Shown: positions 30,128-40,348, counted from the stretch's first letter. The stretch is DNA of 64,000 nt from Candidatus Bathyarchaeota archaeon (GCA_963733055.1 CAVTBR010000001.1:64001-128000), one strand, 5' to 3'. Numbers and translations: made by a program. The notes: a model not told the origin generated them from the sequence alone.

Positions 30128-30177
30128 CACGTTGCGTAATGACAGAGGGTGGTCACAAAATGTGACTACGCAATGTG
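30128..30177. promoter_or_regulatory. Nested inverted repeat (operator or terminator)
   Basis: 17-bp arms 14/17 complementary (30128-30144, 30161-30177) plus perfect GTCACA-AAA-TGTGAC. Confidence 0.45.
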
Positions 30178-30178
30178 A

Positions 30179-30469
30179 TCATTGCTGGTCGCTTCCCAAG
30201 TACGTCATGAACCCCTGGACTTTCCGGTAGGCATCGAGAAATTCTAACCCTCTCCGGGTTATGTGGTAGAATCGACTTTCACCCGAAACGCGAACTGAAA
30301 GCAAACCGAAGTTTGCTAAGGATTCGAGCATGGGTTTGACTCGATCGAGCGGAAGCCCCGCACCATAGGAGATTCTTGTCACTAGAGCCCCCTCAGGGCG
30401 ATGCTTGAGCACCTCCATGATATCCGCGTAGATATCGACACGGGCCCGCTTCTTCAAGAAATACACCAC
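30179..30469 (-). CDS. Winged-helix transcriptional regulator (archaeal HTH_45-like)
   Basis: 'RARVDIYADIM...TRISYGAGL...YHITRRGLEFL'. Confidence 0.85.
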   Translation of the reverse strand: MVYFLKKRARVDIYADIMEVLKHRPEGALVTRISYGAGLPLDRVKPMLESLANFGLLSVRVSGESRFYHITRRGLEFLDAYRKVQGFMTYLGSDQQ

Positions 30470-30493
30470 GTACGTTTGCTCATCCTTCTCAAC

Positions 30494-33302
30494 TCACACA
30501 CGCCCACTCTTTCTGCGGGCCTTGAGATTCATGACAAGTAGAAAAATGAAAGCTAGAGCAGAGAGAATTAACCATGGATTCTGCCATGGGTTTGTGACTT
30601 CTTGTGGGTTAGTTGTGCTATTCCACACGGCGTTAACGGTTGCTGGTGAGGCTACTTGGATTATGGTTCTCACTTGTGATTGATTCAGTCCAGTTGTCCA
30701 ATCCGAGAAGAGAACCGGTGGCTCGTTGAGCATTGGTGGTTGGACGAGGATTGTGGCTAGTGATTTTGCGTCGTACCATCCTGAGCCTGAAGTCTGCCCG
30801 TATGGCGAGTTGACCTGTAGGAGGTACTGTTGCGTGTAAATGGGGTCGAGGGCAGTGTCTCCGTCGAGGTTCAATTGCCTCGTGGTGGCGTTAGTCGAGT
30901 CTTCCCAAGCTATGAAGCGGTATCTTGAGGCGTTGCTCAAGTAAATGAACAGTTGGATCTGCATCGTGTGCTGGCCTGGAGGAGTATGAATTTCGGCCAA
31001 GCCACTGGAATTCGTGACGAATCTGGTGCCATCGAATGAGAATACTATGCCTGGGACGGAGGAGTTGACGGTCACGGTTACGAGATTACTAACTGCTACA
31101 TTTGCGGAGTATGTGTTGGAGGCTTGTGACCAGTTGCCGTTGGAGTTCTGAAGAACGAAGAAGGAAATGGATGATTCGGAGCTGTTCAGGATTGAGGGAA
31201 TCACTATGGGGACCATTCTGCTATCATTCGCTAACCCGGTTTCGCTTAGCATCAATCTTTGACCGGCGTCATAGGCAGCAAGAATCCTTTGGCCGCCTTG
31301 AGCGCTTAAAGTTAGATTGCAGTTGATTACGAAGGCTTCGCCTTCGGTTACCTTCTTTGGGGTCAGCACTGATGTTATCTGAGCCGTCGAAACTTCTGTA
31401 GAATTGCCTACAGATGAAGGCGCCAAACCGGTTGGGAGTTGAAGCACTTTCGATCTTTCAATGAACCCGACAATCAAGTTGAGGGCACGAGTGTCGTACT
31501 GCGCCAGTGGCGCGGATTGTCCAGACCTCGTGTCCAACATCTTCGATCACGTGGAATTCTTTGTGGGTGTACTGCGTTCCGACGGACCCTTTGCGCGAGG
31601 TGCTATTGAAGTACTGGCTGCCAGTGGCCTCGTAATCGGGCAAATTTCCTCCATAGATTATGAATAGATTAGTCCGTAATTCGTTTGCGTTCTTGAGCAC
31701 GTCTTGGCCAAAGGGGACTGTGATCAGGATGAGTCCGTCTTGAGTTGACCACTCTTGGGGATGAGTGAGGGTAAGTTCGGCGGTGGCGGCTTGACCCCCC
31801 ACCGAGTAACCTACTACGAAAGTATGCTGATAACCCTGCCCGATGATCCATTCGTGCACTTCTTCTATTACGCGTGTCTGCGGGGTGAAGAGTTCTTGGT
31901 AGATGGTTCGGTTCGCCGCAGGATTGAAGCCCACGGTTGACCCCTGTTGTAAAGCTAGGACACAATAGAAACTCGCTAAGTCCTGGATAAAGCGGATCGT
32001 TCCAAACGATTCGTAATCGAATGGGTTAATCAGATACCCGTACGACCCGGGTTCTGCTATTTGAGGAATTCCGCCCCCAAGCCAAAGAAGACAGGTATCG
32101 CTGCCGGGTCGATTCCAATAGTACCATTCGGCATCACCAATCTTCACGATTGAGGCCCGAGGTTGTGAAGGCATTTGGGCATGAACAGCGGGAAACGTCA
32201 TAGAAACGATAAGCAGAAACAATCCCAAGCCGATAAGTCTGGTCGTAGATCCAGCACGTTGAATTGGAGAACGCGACCCGCTGTCTCGGTGCCGATACCG
32301 AACGAAGGCTATTCGGGCACCCAACAGTAGGCAGCCTAGCAGGAGAAGGTCGACTAGGACAGTTTGGTCAATTCGGGTGCTGTCCTCGATCCAGTTGGCG
32401 TTGATCTGCTTTGGGGTATTCATTGTTAGGGTTAAGATGTAGCTTGTTGAACTGCTGTCCCCAGACCAGCCGTTGAACCGATATTCACCGGTCAACCCGA
32501 GGAAAGATGGGACACTGATGGTTGGAGTAATGGCAACCGTGGCCTGTGCGCCTTTTTCGTACCATCCTTTGCCGACCACTTGCCCCTTATCCGACTGGGC
32601 GGACAAGTAATATTCAATCCTATACAGGGCGGTTAACGTGGTGGGTTGTGTCAGGAATATTTGGTGTGGATCTGAGTTAACACTGTCACTCCAACCGACG
32701 AAGACATACCTTACTCCAGCATCACCCTGCACAATCAATGGTGCCCGCAACGAATGCGGTCCCCGTTGAATTGTGAGTGGTGTAAACGATCCGTTTTGAA
32801 TCTGGTAAGAAGCGTTGTCAACCATGATCTGCGCACTGGTAATAACAGAGCCCAGCGTTAGTGTCACATTGTTTGACGGGTTCTCCACCGATACCGTGAA
32901 AGGACTGGACCCTCCGTTAGGATCTTCATACCATGCATCTTGCCACCAGACACGATTAATGGCGATTAGATTCCATTGTCCACTTGTCGACGGAGCGGTC
33001 AAGGAAAGCTGGAATGTTACGTTGCCTGGGCCAGTAAACTGGCTGATGAGCGTAAAGCTCTGAACCATCAACCCCGCTGCTGCATCCCAGATGCCAACGT
33101 CCGCCAAGAATTTGTCAGAATATTCGGCGTGAATATTCACTTGGAATGGCGAACCTGGGGAAACGAGTTGCGGATAGGCAACTGAAGTTACTTTTGCAGT
33201 TGGGTAAGTCGTCGCTTCGGCGATAGGGATTTGACTATTGGCGCAACATAGCACGGCCGCACTTGCCACAATTAGTACCAATGTTCTGAAGTTACGGCGC
33301 AT
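30494..33302 (-). CDS. Multidomain secreted/membrane protein with beta-repeat domains and an alpha/beta-hydrolase domain; +1 frameshift near 31499
   Basis: Signal peptide; 'YVFVGWSD', 'YRFNGWSG', 'GSGWY' repeats; GYSVGG elbow and 'GHE'; internal and C-terminal TM. Confidence 0.75.
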
Positions 33303-33442
33303 GCAGACTTCGTTTCATACCTAGAGAGGGTTTTATTCAAAGCCACCGCCCCCAGGCCGCGATCAGTCACCGTTCTATTCAATTCGTCGCTCCGAACAGA
33401 ACTCTATTTTATGAGAGGGGAGTTGACTCTAGCGGCCGGTGT

Positions 33443-33591
33443 GCCGGGGTAGCCAAGAGATCCTAACCCTGATCTGGCAACCTGGTATGGCGTCGGATTG
33501 CTAATCCGATGACCGCAAGGTCTCGTGGGTTCAAATCCAGCCGAGGGGTATTTCGGATACACCCCCGGTGGTGAAAATCCCACCCCCGGCG
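33443..33591 (+). tRNA. tRNA-Ser(GCT) with two non-canonical introns: 15/16 (33458-33480, 23 nt) and 59/60 (33536-33577, 42 nt)
   Basis: Acceptor GCCGGGG/CCCCGGC; anticodon arm TCGGA-TTGCTAA-TCCGA; long variable arm GACC-GCAA-GGTC; BHB helices GCCA/TGGC and TTCA/TGAA. Confidence 0.93.
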
Positions 33592-33711
33592 CCTCACAAA
33601 TCCAGTGCACTCTGCGCAAGTCGGAAAGAACATGACATCCTATGGGAATTCTGGGTTCAGTAAATGTAAATAGCTCAATTCAGTGGACTCATCAATTAGG
33701 CATCTCGCAAC

Positions 33712-36700
33712 TTGACAAGCACTGAAGCGTCAGCTAGTCCCAGTGTTCGCGCAAAGGTTTCCACGGGTTACAATATGTTAGATGAGGCTCTGCAAGGCGG
33801 CTTCCTAGCTGGAGCAGCAATCGTCCTTAGTGCTCCCGCAAGTGATGAGGTACCGCTTCTTATCGGAAACTTCCTCAGAGCCCCCAAGGAACAAGGCCTC
33901 TTAGTATGTCGCACGCTTTCCTCCGCCGAAATGATCACGCAGAATATGGGTGAGAATGTGAGGTCGCTGATTTGCAGCGATAAACCCGTCTCACCCTCGA
34001 GAACCATCCTACCCGGCAAGGGCATCGAGAACCTAACCGAGCTGAACCTGCAGATCGGTGAAGTAATCGCTTCAACTCAACCCAAACGTTTGGTCATAGA
34101 CATCCTTTCGGATATCCTACTCCGCCATAAGGCGTTGCAGACACGAAAATGGCTCACGGAACTACTTGAACGATTACGATCCAAAGAGATCACCACTCTA
34201 GCAGTAATCAACCCCCTCATGCATTCCGCCGAGGACGTCCAAGCCGTCATAGATTTATTCGATGGCAACTTGGAAATATTCGAAGACGAACTCGAGGGGA
34301 CGCTTAGAAAGCATCTTAGAATAAAATGGATGCACGGCATCGAAGTTTCCGAAAAGGAGGTTCAGTTGCACGACCTAGCTCCAGAAACTTCCCCACAGCC
34401 AGCCACCGCACCGGTTCCCGCTTCTTCGAGGGAGCCCCGCTGGCTCACTCCACTCGTGAGTCGAACCGAAGAGCTTTCCCGGCTCAAATCCGCTTTCGAC
34501 GACGCACTCGCCAAAAAATCGACCGTCGTTGCCATTCATGGTGAACCGGGCGTTGGAAAGACTCGACTGATGCAGGAACTAGCGGTCTACGCTGGGACGA
34601 AAAAAACTGTCGTCCTGTCAGGTAGCGCCTCCGAGCACGGAATCGCCTATGGGCCTTGGATTGAAGTTGCGAGGCAATATGTGTCGCAAGCTCCGGGTGA
34701 ACTGCTCCGTAGAATGCTCGTAGGAGCGCAGATATCCGAATTTGCAAGATTGGTTCCCGACATTGCCGTTAAGCTGGGGACCATTCCTCCTTCAAAATCG
34801 CTAGGTGACCAACAGCTAGACAAGATGCGACTCTTTGAAGCCGTCACACAATTCTTCAGGTCAATATCCAGTGAAGCCCCGTTACTCGTGTTGCTTGACG
34901 ACATGCAACTAGCCGACCAGGCATCATTGGACCTCTTGGACTACTTCGTAAGGGGCACAGGCAACCTTCCTATCCTCACTATATGTTCGTTGCCGGCGGA
35001 ACGTGACATCGACGCCACCAGCCCCCTTGAGCAGACATTCATGAAGCTTAACAAGCAGCGTTTACTCGAAAAGATACCCCTCAGGAACCTTAGTAGGATA
35101 GAGACGACTGAGCTGATCAAGCAGATATTCGGGGAACAGACTCTTTCCGCGGATTTCGCTGACCTGATCTACAAGGTGACGGATGGCAACCCATTCTTCG
35201 TAGAGGAAGTTCTCCGCTCATTAGTCGACGACGGGACCATCTTCCGAACCGAGAAGGGATGGGATAGGAAACCGATACAGGAACTCGTTGTGCCAAAGAG
35301 CGTGAAGGCCACCCTAAGGTCTAGGTTGAAGTTCCTCGACCAAGAATCTCTTAACATTCTAACTTGGGCAGCTGTAATTGGAGGCGAATTCGACTACGAG
35401 GTTCTAAAAGAAGCAACAGAACTGCCGGAGGAAACGTTGCTCGAGAAGCTTGAGAGCGTCCATAATGCAGGCCTAGTGGTCGAAGCTCCGGGAAGCAAGA
35501 CAGTATTCCGCTTCGCCGATAACAGGATCAGAGAACTCCTACTAGACGACATAATTCGCATCAGACGAACTAGATATCACCTGAAAATTGCAGAAGCAAT
35601 GGAGAAAGTATTCGCTGGGAAACTTGATCGACATGCCGAATCAATGGCGCATCATTTTTCCGAAGCAGGCGACACAAAACGAGCCATCCACTATTCTATC
35701 ATGGCTGGAGACTTCAGCCAATCTATCCACGCCTACGACCACGCGGCGGACAACTACAAGCGGGCCGTGGCCCTAATGGACATGGAAAGTGGTGATGGCC
35801 AGGAGAAGGCGATTGTGCTGGAGAAACTGGCTGGGGCATACTATTACTCAAACCGAGCGACCGAGAGTACTAAATGCTATAGCCAGTCTCTTGAAATCTT
35901 CGAAAAGCTGCACGACGGTAAGTCTTGCGCCAGATTATGCGCAAGCTTAGCAAAGGCGACATATGAAATTAAGTTTGACCTCTCAAAGGCCTCCGAAGTT
36001 CCACAGATCCTAAAGAGAGGGCTAGGATATATCGAAAACGAGTCGGAAAGTTTTGAGGCTGCTTCGATTTACGCTACCCTTGGTGATTATTATGAACTCT
36101 TGGACCAATACGACGAAGCCAACCCGTTCATTGAGAAAGCCATACAGATTGGCGAAAAGACAGGAAATTTCGGTGCATTCGCTACCGCGCTACTAGGTCA
36201 AGGTTATTCTTTAGCGGATTCGGGGAACGTAGATGACGGGCTGCCTCTGATGGAACGTGCCCTTGACGTAGCACTGAAACACGAACAAAACAGTGTCACA
36301 GTTTTTTGCTTGATGAACTTGAGCGCTTACACTTACCCCAGGAATCTCGCGAAGTCCAGGGAGTATTCTCTTCGTCTTCTTGAGTTTAGCAAACGTATGG
36401 GAGCGGTGTTTGGAGAGGTCAGAGGGTTGGGTTGTCTGTGGTTCGCTGACTGGATGTTGGGAAACTGGGAGGCAGCGGGAAAGGAGTTCAGTGACGGATT
36501 AGCTCTTAAAGAACGCATCGGAACAACAACGACCAGGCTTGTTGAGGGAATGAGGGTATGGTTCTCACTTAGCACGGGTGATTTGGACGCGGCGGAAAGA
36601 TACCTTCACGCTGCTTTGGCCAGCGAGGATTCAAAGATAACTCACATCGTAATCAATAATCTTCCCGCAGCGCTGTTACGATTGGAACAAGGCAAAGAGG

Positions 36701-37170
36701 ATGAGGCAAGGGCACATCTTGAAACCTGCGTAAACGCCTTCAAGAATTCAGAATTCACCACAGATCCCCTCCTCCATGTCGAAACCCTCCTCCATCTAAC
36801 CAGCCTTTACGCTCGGAGTGGAGAGTTTGAGAAGGCGGCCAACATGTCTCAGTGGGCGAGGAGGCTGGCGGAGAAACTCCATAGTGATGCGGGGCTTGCG
36901 ATGGCAGCTCAGGCCGAAGCCTCTCTCTTCTTGGCTCAAGGTAACCAGATAGGGGCTGAAGGGGCTTACGTTAAGTCCTTGGATTTGTGGGAGAAGGCTG
37001 GTTGGCCGTATTACAAGGCCAAGGCGTTAGTAGCTTATTCGCATGCGATCGCTCAGTCAAATCCCCAAGAATTCAGGAAGATGTTGCTTGAAGCCGTGGA
37101 GATATTCAGAAAACTAGGCGCAAGACATGACCTGGAAAAAGCCGAAGCTAAACTCTCGGCTAAAGCGTAG
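33712..37170 (+). CDS. Degenerate RecA/KaiC-like domain + STAND AAA ATPase + TPR repeats
   Basis: 'STGYNMLDEALQGGF' with broken Walker A; 'LVSRTEEL', GEPGVGKT, LLDD, 'TDGNPFFVEE'; C-terminal helical repeats. Confidence 0.85.
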   Translation: MTSTEASASPSVRAKVSTGYNMLDEALQGGFLAGAAIVLSAPASDEVPLLIGNFLRAPKEQGLLVCRTLSSAEMITQNMGENVRSLICSDKPVSPSRTILPGKGIENLTELNLQIGEVIASTQPKRLVIDILSDILLRHKALQTRKWLTELLERLRSKEITTLAVINPLMHSAEDVQAVIDLFDGNLEIFEDELEGTLRKHLRIKWMHGIEVSEKEVQLHDLAPETSPQPATAPVPASSREPRWLTPLVSRTEELSRLKSAFDDALAKKSTVVAIHGEPGVGKTRLMQELAVYAGTKKTVVLSGSASEHGIAYGPWIEVARQYVSQAPGELLRRMLVGAQISEFARLVPDIAVKLGTIPPSKSLGDQQLDKMRLFEAVTQFFRSISSEAPLLVLLDDMQLADQASLDLLDYFVRGTGNLPILTICSLPAERDIDATSPLEQTFMKLNKQRLLEKIPLRNLSRIETTELIKQIFGEQTLSADFADLIYKVTDGNPFFVEEVLRSLVDDGTIFRTEKGWDRKPIQELVVPKSVKATLRSRLKFLDQESLNILTWAAVIGGEFDYEVLKEATELPEETLLEKLESVHNAGLVVEAPGSKTVFRFADNRIRELLLDDIIRIRRTRYHLKIAEAMEKVFAGKLDRHAESMAHHFSEAGDTKRAIHYSIMAGDFSQSIHAYDHAADNYKRAVALMDMESGDGQEKAIVLEKLAGAYYYSNRATESTKCYSQSLEIFEKLHDGKSCARLCASLAKATYEIKFDLSKASEVPQILKRGLGYIENESESFEAASIYATLGDYYELLDQYDEANPFIEKAIQIGEKTGNFGAFATALLGQGYSLADSGNVDDGLPLMERALDVALKHEQNSVTVFCLMNLSAYTYPRNLAKSREYSLRLLEFSKRMGAVFGEVRGLGCLWFADWMLGNWEAAGKEFSDGLALKERIGTTTTRLVEGMRVWFSLSTGDLDAAERYLHAALASEDSKITHIVINNLPAALLRLEQGKEDEARAHLETCVNAFKNSEFTTDPLLHVETLLHLTSLYARSGEFEKAANMSQWARRLAEKLHSDAGLAMAAQAEASLFLAQGNQIGAEGAYVKSLDLWEKAGWPYYKAKALVAYSHAIAQSNPQEFRKMLLEAVEIFRKLGARHDLEKAEAKLSAKA

Positions 37171-37318
37171 TCGGATTTCGTTCACTGATGGATGTCGACC
37201 TAAGAGTTTAGTGTGAGACAGGCAATATGTGTGAACGAGACCTGATATGTCCGACGAGAGACAGTCTTCCTCCAACGAATTTCGTGGGTTCATCCAGTCA
37301 AGCACGGAAAAACGCGGA

Positions 37319-37341
37319 GGTTCAAATCCCACCCCCGGCGC
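37319..37341 (+). repeat. att-like copy of the spliced tRNA-Ser 3' end (GGTTCAAATCCCACCCCCGGCGC)
   Basis: Exact match to 33528-33535 joined to 33578-33592. Confidence 0.85.
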
Positions 37342-37584
37342 TTTCAATTCATCTTAGCAAATTTGGCCTCGAAATCAATTTCGACTCCTCCCAACTGACA
37401 ATCCGAAGAACTTCAAGAGATACTCAACGCCAGAGGAAATCGCCATAATCCGTCGCATGCTCAGAGAGAAAGACAGCGGCTTCCGATGAATGAAGAATCC
37501 CTAGGAGGCCGAGACGCGAACTTACTACTACCGTTAATATACTGACACCATTCACCAGACGCACCTGTTAAAGGAGAATCGGGT

Positions 37585-38298
37585 ATGGCTACATTCGTCC
37601 TCGTGCCGGGAGCTTGGTTAGGAGGGTGGGCCTGGAAGAAAGTCGTCCCACTGCTCGAGAAGAAGGGGCACGAAGTCCATGCCGTCACTTTGACAGGGAC
37701 CGGGGAAAGAGTACATCTCTCATCCAGGGAAGTTGGCATTGAAACCGCAGTTCAAGACGTTCTGAACGTGATCAAATACAACGACCTTGACGATTTCGTG
37801 CTAGTAGGTCACAGTTTTGCGGGAAAGGTAGTGGCAGCTGTGGCAGACCGGGCACCTGAAAAGGTGAAGACGCTTCTCTACCTCGACGCGTTTCGGCCCC
37901 AGAAGGTCAGGACACCGCAGGGAAGCTTCGATCCTACCAGCGAGTTTGGAAGTCTCAAGCCAGGTGAATGGGCGATTCCTCTAACTGAAGAAATCCTTGA
38001 CAATATCGGCAAAGATGTCAAGGGTCCAGATCGAAAGTGGATGCTAGCTAAGGCGACGCTATGGCCCATGAAGCACGCAAGCGAACCAGTGATCCTCTCA
38101 AAGAATTTTGATTCGGTGAAGAGCGCCTACATATTCTGCACGGGCGGCGGTGACTCCGTCGACGAAATCCTGAAAGAAAAGTGGGGAAAGCTGGACGGCC
38201 CCTACAAAGTCATCGATTCAGGGCACTGGCCGATGATAACGAAACCCGATGAGCTAGTCGAAGACATGGTCTTTCTCGCCGGCAACTCCACGCGATAA
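37585..38298 (+). CDS. Alpha/beta hydrolase (esterase)
   Basis: 'LVPGAWLGGW', GHSFAG, 'SGHWPM'; SD AAGGAG. Confidence 0.9.
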   Translation: MATFVLVPGAWLGGWAWKKVVPLLEKKGHEVHAVTLTGTGERVHLSSREVGIETAVQDVLNVIKYNDLDDFVLVGHSFAGKVVAAVADRAPEKVKTLLYLDAFRPQKVRTPQGSFDPTSEFGSLKPGEWAIPLTEEILDNIGKDVKGPDRKWMLAKATLWPMKHASEPVILSKNFDSVKSAYIFCTGGGDSVDEILKEKWGKLDGPYKVIDSGHWPMITKPDELVEDMVFLAGNSTR

Positions 38299-38351
38299 TT
38301 TCCAACTCTCATGTCTGAGGAAATGATAGCGCCTACAGGGACTGAGCTAGC

Positions 38352-38370
38352 TCTCCTGGGTGCAAATCCA
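38352..38370 (+). repeat. Degenerate copy of tRNA-Ser T-arm/intron junction
   Basis: TCTCCTGGGTGCAAATCCA vs TCTCGTGGGTTCAAATCCA (33521-33539), 17/19. Confidence 0.55.
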
Positions 38371-38444
38371 ATCAAAATTTAATTGCGCAACGCAAATAAA
38401 ACAAAGGCCATCAGGGTTCATCGTAGGCTCAGAAGGGTAATTCG

Positions 38445-39152
38445 TTGAATTCCCAAGAACCCGACGGATCAATTCGACTCTTCCAGGAAATCAGAAACGG
38501 TGACATGGAGGCTGTTCAGGCAATCATAGATAAAGAACCCAAACTCGTGAACGCTCGCGATGAGAAAGGCCTAAGTCCCGTAATTGTGGCCCTTTACTGC
38601 GGCAGAAAGGACATTGCCGACTGCCTCATCGCGCAAGGGGCTGTCTTGGACATTTTCGAGGCTTCAGCTGCGGGCCGATCGGATCGAATCAGGGAACTGC
38701 TGAAACAGAATCCAAGTCTGATTAATCGTTTCTCATCAGACGGGTTTAACCCGCTGCACTTGGCAGCATTTTTCGGAAACTACGACACTGCCCGATTGCT
38801 GTTGGAACAGGGTGCGATAGTCAACGCCCAGTCACACAATCCCATGAAGGTAACGTCTCTTCATTCAGCCGTGGCCGGGAACCAGACAGAGGTTGCGATC
38901 ATCTTGATTGAGAAAGGTGCCGACGTCAATGCAAATCAGGAAGGCGGGTTCACTCCGCTGCACTCCGAGGCTCAGAACGGGAACTTGGAGCTAACGGAAT
39001 CTCTCCTGAAGCATGGGGCGAGCATCAATGCAAGGACGGTGGACGGAAAAACCCCTCTTGGACTAACAAAGGAGGAAAGCAACGAAGCGGGACCGAAAGA
39101 ACTGCGCGTTCAAGTCGCTCAGCTGCTCATGAAGTCCGGAGCGGTTGAGTAA
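38445..39152 (+). CDS. Ankyrin repeat protein
   Basis: GFNPLHLAA, TSLHSAV, GFTPLH, GKTPL repeats. Confidence 0.93.
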   Translation: MNSQEPDGSIRLFQEIRNGDMEAVQAIIDKEPKLVNARDEKGLSPVIVALYCGRKDIADCLIAQGAVLDIFEASAAGRSDRIRELLKQNPSLINRFSSDGFNPLHLAAFFGNYDTARLLLEQGAIVNAQSHNPMKVTSLHSAVAGNQTEVAIILIEKGADVNANQEGGFTPLHSEAQNGNLELTESLLKHGASINARTVDGKTPLGLTKEESNEAGPKELRVQVAQLLMKSGAVE

Positions 39153-39199
39153 TTAGCGGTCGTGTGTGCGAGGATCTCTAGTGCGAGTAGAGCGAACAT

Positions 39200-39289
39200 C
39201 TACTTGCGCAGCAGTAGGAAACCAGTCGCTAGGCCCCATATGCCGAAGATCGCAATTGCGACAACGGCGAGGATTCGACGCGGGCAAAT
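39200..39289 (-). pseudogene. Start-less fragment of a membrane protein C-terminus
   Basis: Translates to ICPRRILAVVAIAIFGIWGLATGFLLLRK*, preceded by an in-frame stop. Confidence 0.35.
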
Positions 39290-39319
39290 CTAATATTTCA
39301 GTTTCCCGCGATCCCTGGT

Positions 39320-39604
39320 GTGAATCGGATGTTAGCTAGCGAGCTCAATGGGCTTAAGGTGTATGCGGCGGGTATGAAGATCGTGGGCAACGTTGTTGAT
39401 GAAGTCATTGACCCTCAGGCGTACAATCTAACTGACCTCCAGCTGAAACTTGAGAAGAGCGCCGCGAGAATGATTTTTGGTGAGAAGTTCACCTTCGGAA
39501 GCCCCAATGTCCGTGTTCCAGTGTCAGCAATCGACAAGATCGGCGACGCGGTGATCCTGAAGTTCGCCATAGATCAGTTGAAGGAACACGTCCAGAAGAT
39601 CTGA
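39320..39604 (+). CDS. PRC-barrel domain protein
   Basis: 'ASELNGLKVY...VGNVVD', 'VPVSAIDKIGDAVIL'. Confidence 0.85.
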   Translation: MNRMLASELNGLKVYAAGMKIVGNVVDEVIDPQAYNLTDLQLKLEKSAARMIFGEKFTFGSPNVRVPVSAIDKIGDAVILKFAIDQLKEHVQKI

Positions 39605-39726
39605 CACTACTCAAGTGTGGCGCACGTACCCAGCCCCCCGTCCCGTTGAAGTAAACAGGCAGTTGCCTCGCTTTGTAGCAATAACCATGTTAGGGAGCGT
39701 TTCAGTATTGATGTCCGGCGCGAGGT

Positions 39727-40278
39727 ATGTTCGAGACTCCTGTCACGAAGAAGACTGTGGTCAGAGCCATCCGTATCACGGAAGAATTGGACCGAATTCT
39801 GAGAGAGGAAGCAGAGGCTAAGAACATTAGCGTCGCCTCATTGGTCCAGAGCATATTCACAAGGCACGCTGAGTGGGATAGGTATACAGCGAAGTTTGTC
39901 TACTACTCGCTCCCCTCCGATGGTTTCAAGGCGATCATTGACGCCGCCAACGAAGAAACGATGCTGAGAAACGTTGATGAAGAGTCTCCCAAAGCAGTGA
40001 AAGCCTTCTCGCTGTACTGGTTCAAAGAATTCAACGTCGATTCCTTCCTTAGAATCTTAGCACTCAACAGTAAATACGGTCGGCACTATGATTGCCAGAT
40101 ATCGAACGATGGAAAGCGGACTAGGATCAGTATCCACCACGAACTCGGCAAGAAATGGTCAAATATGCTTTCAAAGCAGTTCGGTGGAACACTGAAAATG
40201 CTGGGGATAATCCCACAATTTGACTCGATAACCGAGGAATCAGTCGTATTCGGGTTCCCTTACACGCCCAAAAGGTGA
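39727..40278 (+). CDS. Ribbon-helix-helix DNA-binding domain plus V4R-like domain
   Basis: 'VRAIRITEELDRILREEAEAKNISVASLV', 'IHHELGKKWS'. Confidence 0.7.
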   Translation: MFETPVTKKTVVRAIRITEELDRILREEAEAKNISVASLVQSIFTRHAEWDRYTAKFVYYSLPSDGFKAIIDAANEETMLRNVDEESPKAVKAFSLYWFKEFNVDSFLRILALNSKYGRHYDCQISNDGKRTRISIHHELGKKWSNMLSKQFGGTLKMLGIIPQFDSITEESVVFGFPYTPKR

Positions 40279-40348
40279 TCCGTCAGGATTCACAAGTCCG
40301 ACCGCGAGCATTACCTCAAACGATCCGTATCGTGATGGCGAACTCAAA

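Larger units (their letters stand above)
33592..37341. mobile_element. Relic tRNA-Ser-integrated island (no integrase in window)
   Basis: Bounded by tRNA 3' end and a 23-nt direct copy of it at 37319-37341. Confidence 0.55.

Noticed and set aside
33404-33619. 71-aa ORF (and 37114-37347 with similar 'APGVGF' text)
   Set aside because: Antisense translations of tRNA-Ser and its repeat
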